DNA of 64,000 nt from NCBI RefSeq assembly GCF_006345805.1, contig NC_043008.1, forward strand, positions 4,154,001 through 4,218,000. Direction: 5' to 3'. How positions within the stretch are numbered: the first letter of the stretch is position 1; every line of letters starts with the position of its first letter. This document shows, piece after piece, positions 28,511-40,932 of the stretch. Below the pieces are notes generated by a model. It did no database searches. It saw nothing but the letters and a program-made list of their open reading frames with translations, and was not told the origin of the DNA. The stretch is from Octopus sinensis (lineage: Eukaryota). Both the position numbers and the translations under genes were made by a program.

Positions 28511-30544
28511 GGTATTTGTTGTAAACTGAGGGTTATTAGTCAGTTGTGGAGTTAATTAATGCAGTTAATTGCCTGACATTTAACATTTTTGCTTCCAGAT
28601 TCACAAATTTTCATTGGGAAATGCAGTAAATCCCTTTTGATGGAAGAGGTAAAGGATATAAATCTATGAATAGGGGTTTTTCTTTTGTTTTTGTTTAAAC
28701 TAATAGGAAGAGTGAAATGGAGTAACCACGATTAATACTGATTGATAGAGTGGAGCGATTCAAAGAAATGATCAATACTTAGTTGAACCAGAGTTGGATT
28801 GTAAAATTGATAATGCATCATTAGTACAGATGGATATAGTATAATTAATGAGTGTAGGAAGATTAAGAATCAGGTAATTAGTCCCCAGTGTAACTGGTAA
28901 CGAAGTTTAGCTCGGTTTATATCTCCCCCCCCCCACTTTGCTGTTCTCGCATGCAACAACCTACTTTTGAATGTGATTGTTAAAAGCTTTATGTCTCTTG
29001 TGTGTCATATGCAAAAATAACAGAATCAGTTAATCTGGATTTATTTTAAGCTATATAAGTTATTTCCAAGACAGGAATAAGTTTCCAGGTATTGTCGTGG
29101 AGAATAAGCATTCCGTTACATAGTTGATCTAATTAGTTCTGCAAATGGTTCCAATGGAAGGGTTATAGCGAACATAAGGAACGTGCAAAAGAGTTAAGGT
29201 AGCTAATTAGCTTTATTGGTTTTTCATTGCATGCAAAAGGCAGGTGGTATGAAATCTGCAGGGGATGCGAGGCTGAATGGTTGAGAAGTGTGCAATAGAT
29301 GCAGAAAATTTGAATATAAACCATAATTTGAGGTTTTGTGCTTTTACCTAACATCATAAGTGATAGTGATATATTTTTGTTGTTCTTATAAAAAGTAATT
29401 AAATCTGAAATAATGAAGCTTAATGACTTTTTAAAATTAACCTTACGTCTTAATAATTTTGTTTTGCTCCATTTCTTCTCTACTCCGCAATTCTGATTTT
29501 GTGTGTGTGTGTATAGACACATGCACACACAGATACACACACACATTTTCTTCTTCTTCTTCTTTGCATTTCCTTATCTGCCTGTCTAAATCCAGTTTCT
29601 AATATTAACCCACTCCTCTTTCCCCCAAACCCACCCCCACGCCCCACTCTCATCCCACTCCATCATTGCGCTTGTTCTCTACTTATGTATTTCCTCTGCA
29701 ACTTTATGGCTCTAAGTTTAGCTTTGCCCAAAAGAGTTGCACTAAGAAAGTCTCTGACATGTATCAGAGTTTGTGGTGAACTGAAGCGTAAAGCAGTTGT
29801 CAATGTGATTACTTCTATAAATTACTTCAGCTATGATAGAATCATTTGACATCAGATAATATGTTTTCAGTACCAGCTTTATCATAAAACCTGCTACGTC
29901 TGTTTTATTTCATGCTTTATTTTTATTTATCTATCTTTCTGTTTATGTATTAATTCTATTTTAAAAATTATTTTTATTTAACTTCCTTCATATATATATA
30001 TACCAACTGATTACTAATCTCATTAACATGTCATCTATAACGATGTCAATCTTTATTTTATTGATCCAATCAGTTTTGATTAGCAATGAATATTTTCACA
30101 TGTTTGTTTAACCATTCTGACATAAAGTTCACTTATCTTCCTTTTTATTCACAATTCCATCTCAGATACAGTTGACTTTGTCTGTTCTTATGTTTTTTCA
30201 TTAAAAGCTAATAATAATAATAAACAACAAACCCTAGCGCCATCTAGTGCAAAAAGAAGGCAAAAGAGTGCCAACATGTGTCATGTTTGTGTATTTGAAT
30301 GCACAGGGATGTGCATTTCATTAGAACTTTTAGCTCAGTTTTCAGATTACAGATAAACTGATAATTTCAGATATAAAATAACAACTTCACAATTCTGTGC
30401 ATCATTTTGGGTTATATGATAGCAACTGGTTCTATGATAGCAATTAAGCTCTAGTTTGAGAGAGAAGGGAGCAACATCCCTCTTATATAGCACCAATGTA
30501 TATATATATACATGTGTGTGTGTGTCTTTCTCCATAGGAAGGAA

Positions 30545-31000
30545 TTTCAACCATGTTTCGTGGTCTGCTCCCACAACAGCTCCTTTATAGGATCCAGTTA
30601 GCTCAAGACATCATCAGGAGGAATCACATTCGGTTTCAGTCCCTACTCCTCTACCGTTTTGACATGGCGGGACCCCTCCCCCCTTTCGGAGGTGCCTTCA
30701 GCTCTGGTGTTGAGTGCATGTCTTCTTTCTCCTTCTTTCTTCTGTTCGCTGGCCTCTTCAATGTAGCGTCAATGAGTGTCAGTGGGCGACTGACTATCTT
30801 GTCAAATTTCCTTTTAAATACCCACTGCTAGGCTCCAGCAGGCAGCTCCAGCAAGTTGTCACATGACACTGTATCAACTTTAACTGACCAATGGAGGGCA
30901 CGTAGTCTTAGCCCACGCACTCTCTAAACGATATATTGGTCAGTAGATATATTAGTCAGTAGATCATATATCTGAAATGAGGCACACTCTAAAACATTAG
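30545..31000 (-). mobile_element. LTR-like or promoter-like GC-rich block
   Basis: Minus strand CCATTGGTCAG (CCAAT), then GGGTATTTAAAAGG (TATA-like), then purine-rich R-like segment; 17-bp tandem at 30935-30968; no partner copy in the window. Confidence 0.35.
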
Positions 31001-31706
31001 AATGGTAATATATTTAGAAGGTCGTTTGTTATGACCAGTCAGAGAGGGACCATTGGTTTTTGCGCCTATAAGACACTTAGCTGTAACTTAAGTGCTTAGT
31101 TGTATATATACATCTTCATCATTTTAACGTTCAGAATATCAATTAAGGCACAGACTAGGCAACAGTTTCAAGTCTTCATGCTTTAGCAGTGAGTGGGAGT
31201 CAGTAGCTCTATCAGATGTGGGTACCAAATATAAAGCCCTCTGTAGCAGGCTTTGTTTGCTGTTTCTCAAATACTCTTCCATGTTTCTTCTTCCACTGTT
31301 GATGCCCTTCCATATGCTAATCAGGCCATGCCTACCTTTACACTTCTACATGTAGGAGCTTGTGTACGTTTGCCTTAGGATGGAGTGCACCATGTATTGT
31401 CATTGTCTTTCTGCTAGTGCGATCGAGTTGGTTAATCTCTGCTTGTGTCTGTTTCAGAATTATTATTATTATTATTATTATTATTAAGGTGGCAATCTGG
31501 CTAAATTGTGAGTATGCTGGGCAAAATGCTTAATGGCATTTTGTCCATTTCATTCAAATTCTGCCAAAGTTGGCTCTGCCTTTTATCCTTTAGGGGTTGA
31601 TGTATTAAGTATCAGTGAAACACTGGGGTCAATGTTATTGACTCGTCCCTTCCCCCAAAATTTCAGATCTTGTGCCTTTAGTAGAAAGAATTACTATTAT
31701 TATTAT

Positions 31707-32250
31707 TATTGACTGATAGAGCCGTGCATGCCATCAAAGTGACACTGGGGTAAGATATATGAAACCCAGTATAACCATCATGACTATCCATCTGATAAGG
31801 GTACACCAAGCACATGCATCTCAACCATATGTGTGCGACAAAGTGATCTCATATCATGATAAACAGTGCATGACCTTACAGATGGAGTCCACGTAGAATT
31901 TTCTTCAGGCCGAGTAGCCTATCCTGCTCAAAAGGTCCCTGAATAAGGGTTGTATAAGAATGTTGAATGAAACACCCATGTTTCTAAAGGTGAATTATTC
32001 AAACCCCCAAAAATTCCTCTCAGCACATGGCTATGATTTTCCCCCACTACTTCTGCTTGTGATCAGAGCCACTAAGGGACATGCTCAACTGGTTATGGTC
32101 AAGCAACTGACAAGCAGATCTGTGGTATTGAGCAGAATATTTGCTGTAGCCCATCTTTTACACCAAGACAAACATGTACATGGTAACACTGCCAATCAGT
32201 TAAGATTAGATGCCATGAGAGCCACTGCCTGGTACTGCATTGGGGCATTT

Positions 32251-32298
<48 letters not shown>

Positions 32299-32300
32299 TA
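31707..32300 (+). mobile_element. Probable non-autonomous retroposon with (TAT)n tail
   Basis: GC-richer block bounded by (TAT)n tracts at both ends; no credible ORF. Confidence 0.4.
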
Positions 32301-33799
32301 TTACCAATATACTATTGTGTACACTACAAAAACATTTTATTGCTACCGATATACATGTATATGTATGTATACACACATACAATAAATACTTCAACTGTAC
32401 TTTTCTGCCTTCCGTTAAACTTCCAGTGAGTCTTCATAATAATATCCACATTACTGTCCGACAAAGAGGGGTCAGAAATATGACACAAACAAATTCAGTC
32501 ACATAGCTTTCAGGAATGCAATTGCGTCAACAAAAGGAAAGCAGTCAACTTTCATCCCAGTTAAACATAAAGTTAATCCCATTTTGGTTAGTATCACAAC
32601 AGGCAATGAAGACATTCCATCTTTACTTCTAATAACATACACTGCCTGTGTTTTTCAATTAATTTTGAAAAATAATCAAGATTGTGGAGATATTTTGTAA
32701 AGAAATTAGTTTTCTATTAATATGACGTTGGGAACATAACTTTGGCTTCTTCAATAAAATTATGATGAAAGGTTTTCATTTAAAATGAACATGCTATAAT
32801 GGGCAGTTTTCTAACATAGAACTGGATGCAATCTCTAAGAGAATAGCAACAAAGGGGTCAGTGTGCCATCTCGTTTGTCTTGCAGTTGGGATGAGGGTCA
32901 TCTCTTTTGGCAATAGGTCGGATTATCTTCTTAATCTTCTCTCATCAACATATTCTCTAGCCGCTGTGTACTGGCAAACTGTATTATTTCTTATCAAGAG
33001 GTTCATTGGTGTTTCTTTTCAAATAAGAGTCTTTGTGGAGGGGAATGAGCATGAAAAATCAAATCGGTTTGGAAGGGGTGAAAGGCAGTCAAAGTATGAG
33101 AAAAATATTCTTCAATCACACCAGAATTTCCAAACTTTTCTGAATAAAATTAATATTTATTTTCCTTCAATGACTGATTTTGATTTTTTTTTTTAAATTG
33201 CATTATTCAATTTCTTGCATTTACTGAATAAGATGTCAGTGTGTGAATAAAGGTTTTTCTTATAAATTGATCCTCGTACACTCATAAGAACTACATTCTA
33301 ATATCGTATATTGAACATACTTTCTTAATTCTAAATCTACAACTGAAAGCTTTCTTGCAAGCTGTGCTGCCTTTTCTAAGACCTCAAGTAGTTTATACAC
33401 AAAGTTTATTTGTTCTAATACTTATATTGCACCTATCTGTAGCATTGTTTATTAAGATCAACTTCCATCATACAACTTTCTTGAAATTGTCAGGAAATAA
33501 GATTAATGAGTTACTTGGACGATAGGAATTACAGCTAAAGGAAAACGGAATGTAGACTTTAGTTGAAGCATTTATCTCTTTCCAGGATTTTTGTTTACAT
33601 TACTTTATTAGATTTTTCCATGACCCAAGTCTATTCTTTATGATAAGCTTTCTTAATTTTCAGATACAATATCTATAGTATGTTAATCTCTCAACACTTC
33701 AACCGATATTTGTAAGGGTTGCATTTACACAAGTAAGAAAGGTTGAATTCGCCATAGGTCTTGGCTTGTTGATAAAATCTAATATTGCTTTGCTGCATC

Positions 33800-34330
33800 G
33801 CATCAGAAGGAGAACAATTCAAATAAAGATAAACATGGCAGAAGACAGAGTGGTAGAAGAAGATGGGAATATCTATATAAAAAGAAGAGTCTGGAGGAAG
33901 AGAGGGGAATAAATAAAGACAGAGAGGAGTAAGAAAGCGACTGCAGGGGAAAATAGAAAGAAAGAAAATAGAAATATAAAAAAAAAAGAAACTTCAAGTA
34001 TGTCAAGTGAGAGAGATGGATGATGAGAGCGAGGGCAAATGTTGAAAGAAATAATATTTAGTAAAGAAAATGAAATACTTATGAAAGTGTTGTTCTGTTT
34101 AAAGAAGCACATTCAGTAGTGAAACAAATTCTAGTTACAAGTGAAGCGAAATAAATGTGGAGAAACACTTAAAAAGAGAGGCTGTAAAGGAAAGTAGAAT
34201 ATTAAATCTTCTAAACTAATAAGTTTATAAGAAATGTAGGTTTTCTTAAATATCCTTTTATCCTCAAAAAGTTTTGCTCTTTGTATGATTCTTCCTAAAT
34301 CTCCAATGTAACTTGTAAACATTAATTTAA
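33800..34330 (-). mobile_element. LINE ORF2 remnant
   Basis: GRIIQRAKLFEDKR resembles the pre-RT linker of CR1/Jockey-type ORF2; a similar purine-skewed block is at 8640-9720. Confidence 0.35.
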
Positions 34331-34656
34331 AAGAAAGCCATAAGTTTTCGATTGGCTTAAACTAATTTTTTTTTTTCACTTAGAAATAATATAACTTGAA
34401 GAACATTTTCCTACAAATTTCCTGTTTAGTATTTGATGCATAGATTATGAAACTACTCCTCTATCTGTCTGTGTGTCTGTCTGATTGATTGTATGTCTGC
34501 CTGTCTTTCCATCTGTTTATCTGTCCATCCATCTGTCTGTCTGATTATCTGCCTTTTTAATTGTCCATCTGTCTGTCTGTCTATCTATTTATCTGTCTGT
34601 CTGTCTGTCTATCTATCTATATATCTATCTATCTATATATATATATATGTGTGTGT

Positions 34657-34952
34657 GGAGGCGCAATGGCCCAGTGGTTAGGGCAGCAGACTTGCGGTCG
34701 TAGGATCAATTCCCAGACCGGGCGTTGTGAGTGTTTATTGAGTGAAAACACCTAAAAGCTCCACAAGGCTCCGGCAGAGTGTGGTGATCCCTGCTGTACT
34801 CTTTCACCACTCTTTCTCCCACTCTTTCTTTTGTTGGCCTGCTCGCTTAGCCAGTGGGGTGGAGTCATTAGAAGGCTAAAACAATGCGAACGCATTGTGA
34901 CCAGCGATGTGTAACAACATCTGATGGTCTGGTCGGTCACGTGATCATGTGA
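34657..34952 (+). mobile_element. tRNA-derived SINE family D (possibly tRNA-Arg-derived, octopus OR-like)
   Basis: A box TGGCCCAGTGG, tRNA-like head, flanked by (TA)n on both sides; second copy at 46946. Confidence 0.85.
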
Positions 34953-35429
34953 TATATATATATATATATATATAATTGCCTACACGCATATAAATGTACT
35001 TTTGCACACTGTAGTGAGAATGTATTTTGAGTAACCGTTAACTTAGTGTAATTTTATTATATTTTACTTTAAGGCATGGATGACTTAAATTTACTTTAAC
35101 CCTCCCCCCCGTTCTTCTAAACACCTACTAAATATCTAACTCGCTTTGTAATTACGTGCCTAACCTCGTGTGTGCGTCTTCTCACATTTTTGCTAATGCT
35201 TGTATGAGCGTGTGAACTCGTGCCATGCTGCTTGCCCGAGGGCATTTATACATCCATATCAGTTAATGGTTATTTTCAATACTTTTCTCGCTGGATTAAG
35301 TGTTCGTTTCTCTTTTTGTCATCTAAATTACTAAGAAATGAAAATAACAGACATCTTATTTTAACAGATATATTTACCAAAATTACATTAAAATACCTTG
35401 AAATACTAAAGAGTAAATTTATTCAATAA

Positions 35430-35460
35430 AATCGCGATTGGCGTCAACTGACGGTTTCCT
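35430..35460. promoter_or_regulatory. Promoter-like CpG cluster
   Basis: ATCGCGATTGGCGTCAACTGACGGTTTCC: inverted CCAAT, two ATF/CRE-type TGACG half-sites, TTCC; about 17 CpGs across 35030-35560 against a CpG-poor background. Confidence 0.35.
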
Positions 35461-35563
35461 TGTTTAAGTTGGTGAATGCTGTAATAGCCCTTGCCTTAAG
35501 TTCATCTTTGGCACATGCGTGAAAGTAAAAATATAAAAGGGCAACAATTTACCTATCGCACCC

Positions 35564-35584
<21 letters not shown>

Positions 35585-35594
<10 letters not shown>

Positions 35595-35900
35595 ATACAT
35601 ACTTGGAAATGAATGTTTATATAAATAATATATATATATATATGTATATACACATGCATATATGGAGACAGGACGTCACCAACAGTGCAAATAACATCAA
35701 ATATGTAACACAAATGAGGGGAAATGAGTGAAATATCTAAATAACGAGGAAAAAATGGAAAACAGGACAAGTTAACACAGAGAAAGGACCCTTCATCAGT
35801 TGTCGGCTGTCTATCTACTCCTCTTTTCGAGCATTGGTTTGTCAATAAAGGAGCCTCTACATGTTTACTTAAGCTGTTTACTTCAGAGGCATGTTCCCAG
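35585..35900 (-). mobile_element. Penelope-like terminal remnant
   Basis: Minus strand GCTCGAAAAGAGG...GACAACTGATGAAGGG, partial hammerhead-type words, next to (TG)n/(TA)n; no complete fold. Confidence 0.4.
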
Positions 35901-36364
35901 TGAATCATACTCTATTGACATCTGAATAGAATGCAGCCTTATATATGATCATCGATTTATCTAAGAAAGAATGGCTATAATTGCAACACCTTTGGTCCTA
36001 TTTCTGCTTGATCAGGATTGACCTGGTATTAAACAACAAAAACAATATCAGGGCCAGAATAGATGAATGGTTTTGTGGTTAAAAATTTATTGAATAAATT
36101 TACTCTTTAGTATTTCAAGATATTTTTATGTAATTTTAGTAAATATATCTTTTAAAACGAGCTGCTATTTTTACATAATTTAGACAACAGTTTATTCCCC
36201 ACACCCTGTATATAGGAGAATTATAGTTACTAACTAAACATGACTAAGGGTGTCAAGACATCTACATTGCTAGAAATAAGAGCTAAAATGTTCCAATACT
36301 GTTATGAAGCACATTTATGGTTTAACATTGCAGCTAGCTGTTTTTATTAATTTTTATACATATA

Positions 36365-36538
36365 TACTACACTCTCAGAGTGGTTGGCATTAGGAAGGGC
36401 ATCCAGCTGTAGAAACTCTGCCAGATCAAGACTGAAGTCTGGTGCAGCCATCTGGTTTGCCAGCCCTCAGTCAAATCGTCCAACCCATGCCAGCATGGAA
36501 AGCGGACGTTAAACGAAGATGATGATGATGATGATGAT
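36365..36538 (+). mobile_element. Family A retroposon, 5'-truncated
   Basis: Same 3' end with (GAT)n tail; further copies near 1023-1180, 3415-3510, 10990-11128, 13010-13232, 15700-15850, 46445-46640, 52040-52130, 60930-61070. Confidence 0.85.
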
Positions 36539-36581
36539 ATGGGTGTTATGGGGGAGAGAGAGAGAGAGAGAGGCTCCTGGA

Positions 36582-36619
<38 letters not shown>

Positions 36620-37411
36620 TTGTTATTGCTAAGATCTAAGTTAGGCCTGATTCAATACAGCTAAGATTTTTCATTTGTCATCATCCCATCTTTTATTCAG
36701 AATTCAAGTGTATGGAACTATATAATCTAATAACACCTTCTTTTTAAAGACCATAGAATGTGATTTGAGAAAAATGTAACTGGTATTTCTAGCAGGTCAA
36801 CACCACAAAGAGACTCTTGTGTTGGCTCACCATATTTTTTGCCTTTAATAATAAAGGCAAAAATATTGATGTGCTTAATGGATGAAGTTATTAAAATAGT
36901 GAAGAGATAAAGCAAAGCTAGAACAATTGACAGATGTATGGAAGTATAGTTACGATGTGTTCTTTTGATGTAGGGTGAATATGAGGTTAGGAGGTAGTGA
37001 TGAAAGATGCTACAGATATATAATAACGAAATAAAGACTGAATATAGATCTGAGGAAAGAGGTTGAGTGCTAGTATGTTTTTTTATGACATTCAGGTGTG
37101 AAGGAGAAAAATGAGTGGGAGAGGTGTTTTGATTGCATGATGCATGTACAGTGGTTATATATATATTGCAAATGTAGCCGACCATTGCCAGCATATTAAA
37201 ACATTGATGATGACAACAACAGTAGCAGAAGTTAAGTTCAAAGATACCAATTCCTGAAAAACCAACCAAACATACATAGTAGGTAGTGTTGTGTTCATTG
37301 ATGCTATTTGAAATCTTAATGCATTTCAGATGTTTATGTGACGGAGCAAACTGGAACAATTATTTAACCAGACATGAATATGCAACTTTAGATTTCTAAT
37401 GTAGTAACATG

Positions 37412-37561
37412 TGGTGGCAGCGGTGGTGGTGGTGGTGGCGGTGGTGGTGGTGGTGGCGGTGGTGGTGGTGATGGTGGTGGTGGTGGTGGTGGTGGTGGTG
37501 GTGGTGGTGGTGGCGGTGGCGGTGGCGGTGGTGGTGGTGGTGGTGGCGGTGGCGGTGGCGG
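37412..37561. repeat. (GGT)n/(GGC)n trinucleotide tract
   Basis: Direct reading; explains poly-Pro, poly-Thr and poly-Val ORFs. Confidence 0.98.
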
Positions 37562-38058
37562 TGTGCATTTATTATTGGTCAGCAATCTTAGAGAAGACGT
37601 AAGTTCAGAGCGAGCCGAGTGTGTTCTGCTTAAATTCCAGGTTTAAGTTATTTCAACTCATGGCCACTAATGTATTTATATGGTGGATGTCGTAGTTGCT
37701 ATTGTTGCTTAACTCCAGGTTATATCTAATCAAGCAGATCGATAATTTCAAAGGCGCTCCAGCCATGACCACCCCATCATTTTACATATGTTATTGCACT
37801 GTTTAATGTGTCCTTCCTTTTTCTTTTTAAGATGGTGAGTGTAAATTCACTACCCTTTCTAGCAAGTTAAGTAACCACATTGATACTACCTCAATGGCTC
37901 ATTGAAATATGCAGCTAATGATCCATGTCGCTACAACACCAAGTTCTTGTGGAAAATTTGAATATCATAACTCACACTTTTCTTACTCTTGAAGACAACA
38001 GGAATGATCTGCCGTTTACTGCCTTGCCATTCTTGATTATGAAATACCAAAGCGTTCG

Positions 38059-38097
<39 letters not shown>

Positions 38098-38989
38098 GCA
38101 CACACATGAAAGAGGGGGAGAGAGAGAGAGGCAGAGAAGTTTAATGTTTGATTCTATCTATTTTAATGGTGTATGAAATCAATATTATTGTTTCTCAGTT
38201 TTGGTCAATCAGAATGATCAACTCTGCTATAACAGCTTGACTTGGCATAGCTAAGAATGTGATAAACATTGCATTTAAGCAGAGTATAATATATGATCTA
38301 CAAAGTAGCCATCAGAATTGATTCAGTCATGTTCGGTATTGATGTATGCCTCTTATTAATTGTTTTGGATTTTAGATATTTTGAATTTAGTACGAATGGT
38401 CTCCTTTGGAAAGCTTCTAAGGAGATGGAAATTTTGTAGCTATATTGAATCTGTCAAGTGACTATGTAAAAGCTCCTTCATTTACTGCCTTGAGGGGGAA
38501 ATCAGTTATAATCTAGAATTTAAATAAATTGCAACTATCACTTTACAACCTCAAATCTCAAATATGCAGAGGAATGGAAATCTGGTAATCGGATTAAACG
38601 ATATTAATAGATCAGTTTCTGCTGTTGGGATTTCATTCACTTGTCTCAAATTTACTGATAAAACTGTAAAGTCATCCTGTTTTTCTTGCAACAATCTGTT
38701 TTGAATTTATTTATTTAAATTACAAATAAATTGAATTGATAAGTGTTATAAACACAATGTTTTCTCAGTTAAGAAGATCAATTATATGATATTCAAGATT
38801 TAAGAAAGTTAACAAAATTTTCTTGATTGTTATGATCAACCGGCAAACTAAGCCTTTGTTATTTTAAAATTATATTTCATAATATAGATCTAATATAATA
38901 TCATTAAACTGATAATTGAAATTATCACATTCAATTTCATATGAAGAATGTGTTTATGCTTTGAGGACATTTATAAATAAAAGAAGCTA

Positions 38990-39727
38990 TCTAAAATGAA
39001 ATTGATTTTATAAGACAGTATTGCTTCTTTTTTTTTTTTTTTGATGGATCAAAATGGAAAATATATATGTGTTTATGATTGCTATTTTGACGGTTTGAAA
39101 TGAAAAATAAACATGGGAGTATTTTAGCTATTTTGGTGGTTTATGATGGAAATTTACGCTGGTTTACTTTAGCCATTTTGATTGCATAGAATGAAATATA
39201 CACATGGGTATATTTTATGTGTTTTGATTATCTATGATGAAAAATATACAGAGGTAAAAGCATGGCTCAGTGGTTATAAAGTTCACTTTGCGACTACATG
39301 GCTTTGGATTCAATCCCACTGCATGTCTTCTTGGTTGGTTTGACTTTGTAAATGGAATTTGATGGACTGAAACTGTATGGAAGCCCGTTGTGTGTCTGTC
39401 AGTAAGCACATTTGTTAATGGTTACTCTGATGTTGTTATCTGACTTTAAATCTTGTACTTAGTAATTTGACATAAATTTCAAATAAAATATGTACCAGAC
39501 CAAAATCAGTAATAGGGTGATATGACTGACCTTGAAGGTCATGTGAAGGTCATGTGAAGGTCATGTGCCCCCTGAATTTTGTAACCATCTAAAACAAATA
39601 CAAAGTATAGATTTAACTAATATTTTGATCATTCAGAACAAAACAATGGGCATGTGTTTATCATAGCTACTTTGATAACTGGAAATGAAAATATACAATT
39701 GTTTATCTCAAGTATTTTGATTTAGAA

Positions 39728-39778
<51 letters not shown>

Positions 39779-40300
39779 ATGTTGCTGGTGTAGAATGAAA
39801 ATTATAGATGTTATTTTAAGTATTCCAGTAGTTTAGAACAAAAAATATACATGTGTTTATCCAAACTGTTTTGATGGCTGAGATTGAAAACTATACATAG
39901 ATTTATTATAGGTTTTTTGGGTTGATTTATTATGAAAATATATACACATGGTTTAGCTTAAGTATTTTTATTGTATTGAATGAAAAATATACATGGTGTT
40001 GCTTAAATAATTTAATGCTTTAAAATGGAAAACATACATATGTACATATTTAGTATTTGGGTGATTTTGAGAAGAAAATACATATGATGTGTCTCACCCA
40101 TTGAAGAGGGTCTGCAAAGGCCATGAGCAGGGCTCTTTTTTCCAGACCAATAGACGGGAAAAAATGGAATTATCTTAAAATCTGTTGATTTTATTTTAAA
40201 TACTTTGACGATTAACAATGAAAACAAGGGTTTACTTTGATGGTTTGGAATGAAAAATGTTCTTGGATTCATATCCAAGTGTTTTTAAGCATTTTAAGCA
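38990..40300. repeat. Ancient degenerate minisatellite, unit about 45-50 bp
   Basis: Recurring TATTTTGATGGTTTAGAATGAAAAATATACATGTGTTTAT-like units, interrupted by a SINE (39255) and (TA)n (39730). Confidence 0.6.
39527..39563 (+). promoter_or_regulatory. Cluster of four perfect AGGTCA nuclear-receptor half-sites (two DR5 plus one everted pair)
   Basis: TGACCT tga AGGTCA tgtga AGGTCA tgtga AGGTCA. Confidence 0.35.
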
Positions 40301-40862
40301 TATTATTTTATTTAAGAAAGTCTGTTATTAGAAAAATAAAATATAATCAGTGATTCTTAATTTGGACTAATTTTTTGAGGTGAATGCACAAACTGTATTG
40401 TAATAGCTATAACGATATTTTTGCAAAAGAAAGATTGGTAAGGGATAAAAATATTGTATAAGATTCAGTAAATTGTTTTTCATATGTCAATTTATTTATG
40501 CTTTCGTGTATTCGTTAGATCTTCTCAGCAAAAATTACTTCTGTTCTTTGTTGTGATTTTATCTGAAATATTGTTTATAAAGTTGGATAACATTTTCAAT
40601 ACACATTACATAATGTATTTAGCAAAAGTAATAATTCTATAAGTTAAAATTATAAATAATAATCCATTTTCAGAGTGGAAAAGTAAATATGGGATTTATA
40701 TTGCATAGGCAGTTGGCTGGGTCATTAAGGTGCCAAAATTGAATGTCTTGCAGTATTAGATTTGGCTGTCTGTGCTTTGTTAGTTCAAATTCTAACAAAG
40801 CCAAAATGGCCTTTTATCCTCTGTGTTGATAAATAAATTACCAGTCAAGTAGTGGGGTTGAT

Positions 40863-40932
<70 letters not shown>

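Larger units (their letters stand above)
35341..36171. repeat. Inverted repeat arms of about 90 bp (35341-35430 and 36086-36171)
   Basis: TTGAAATACTAAAGAGTAAATTTATTCAATAAA on the left is matched in reverse complement by TTTATTGAATAAATTTACTCTTTAGTATTTCAA on the right, extending with roughly 85% identity. Confidence 0.85.

Noticed and set aside
34657-34740. tRNA gene, also considered at 46946
   Set aside because: No closed acceptor stem or terminator; continues into a shared SINE body
36727-37359. Longest ORF in the window (210 aa, minus strand)
   Set aside because: Runs across a family A tail, a skewed LINE-like remnant and a family C element; G-poor strand lowers stop frequency; composition is not protein-like
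37326-37602. Poly-Pro, poly-Thr and poly-Val ORFs
   Set aside because: (GGT)n tract read in different frames
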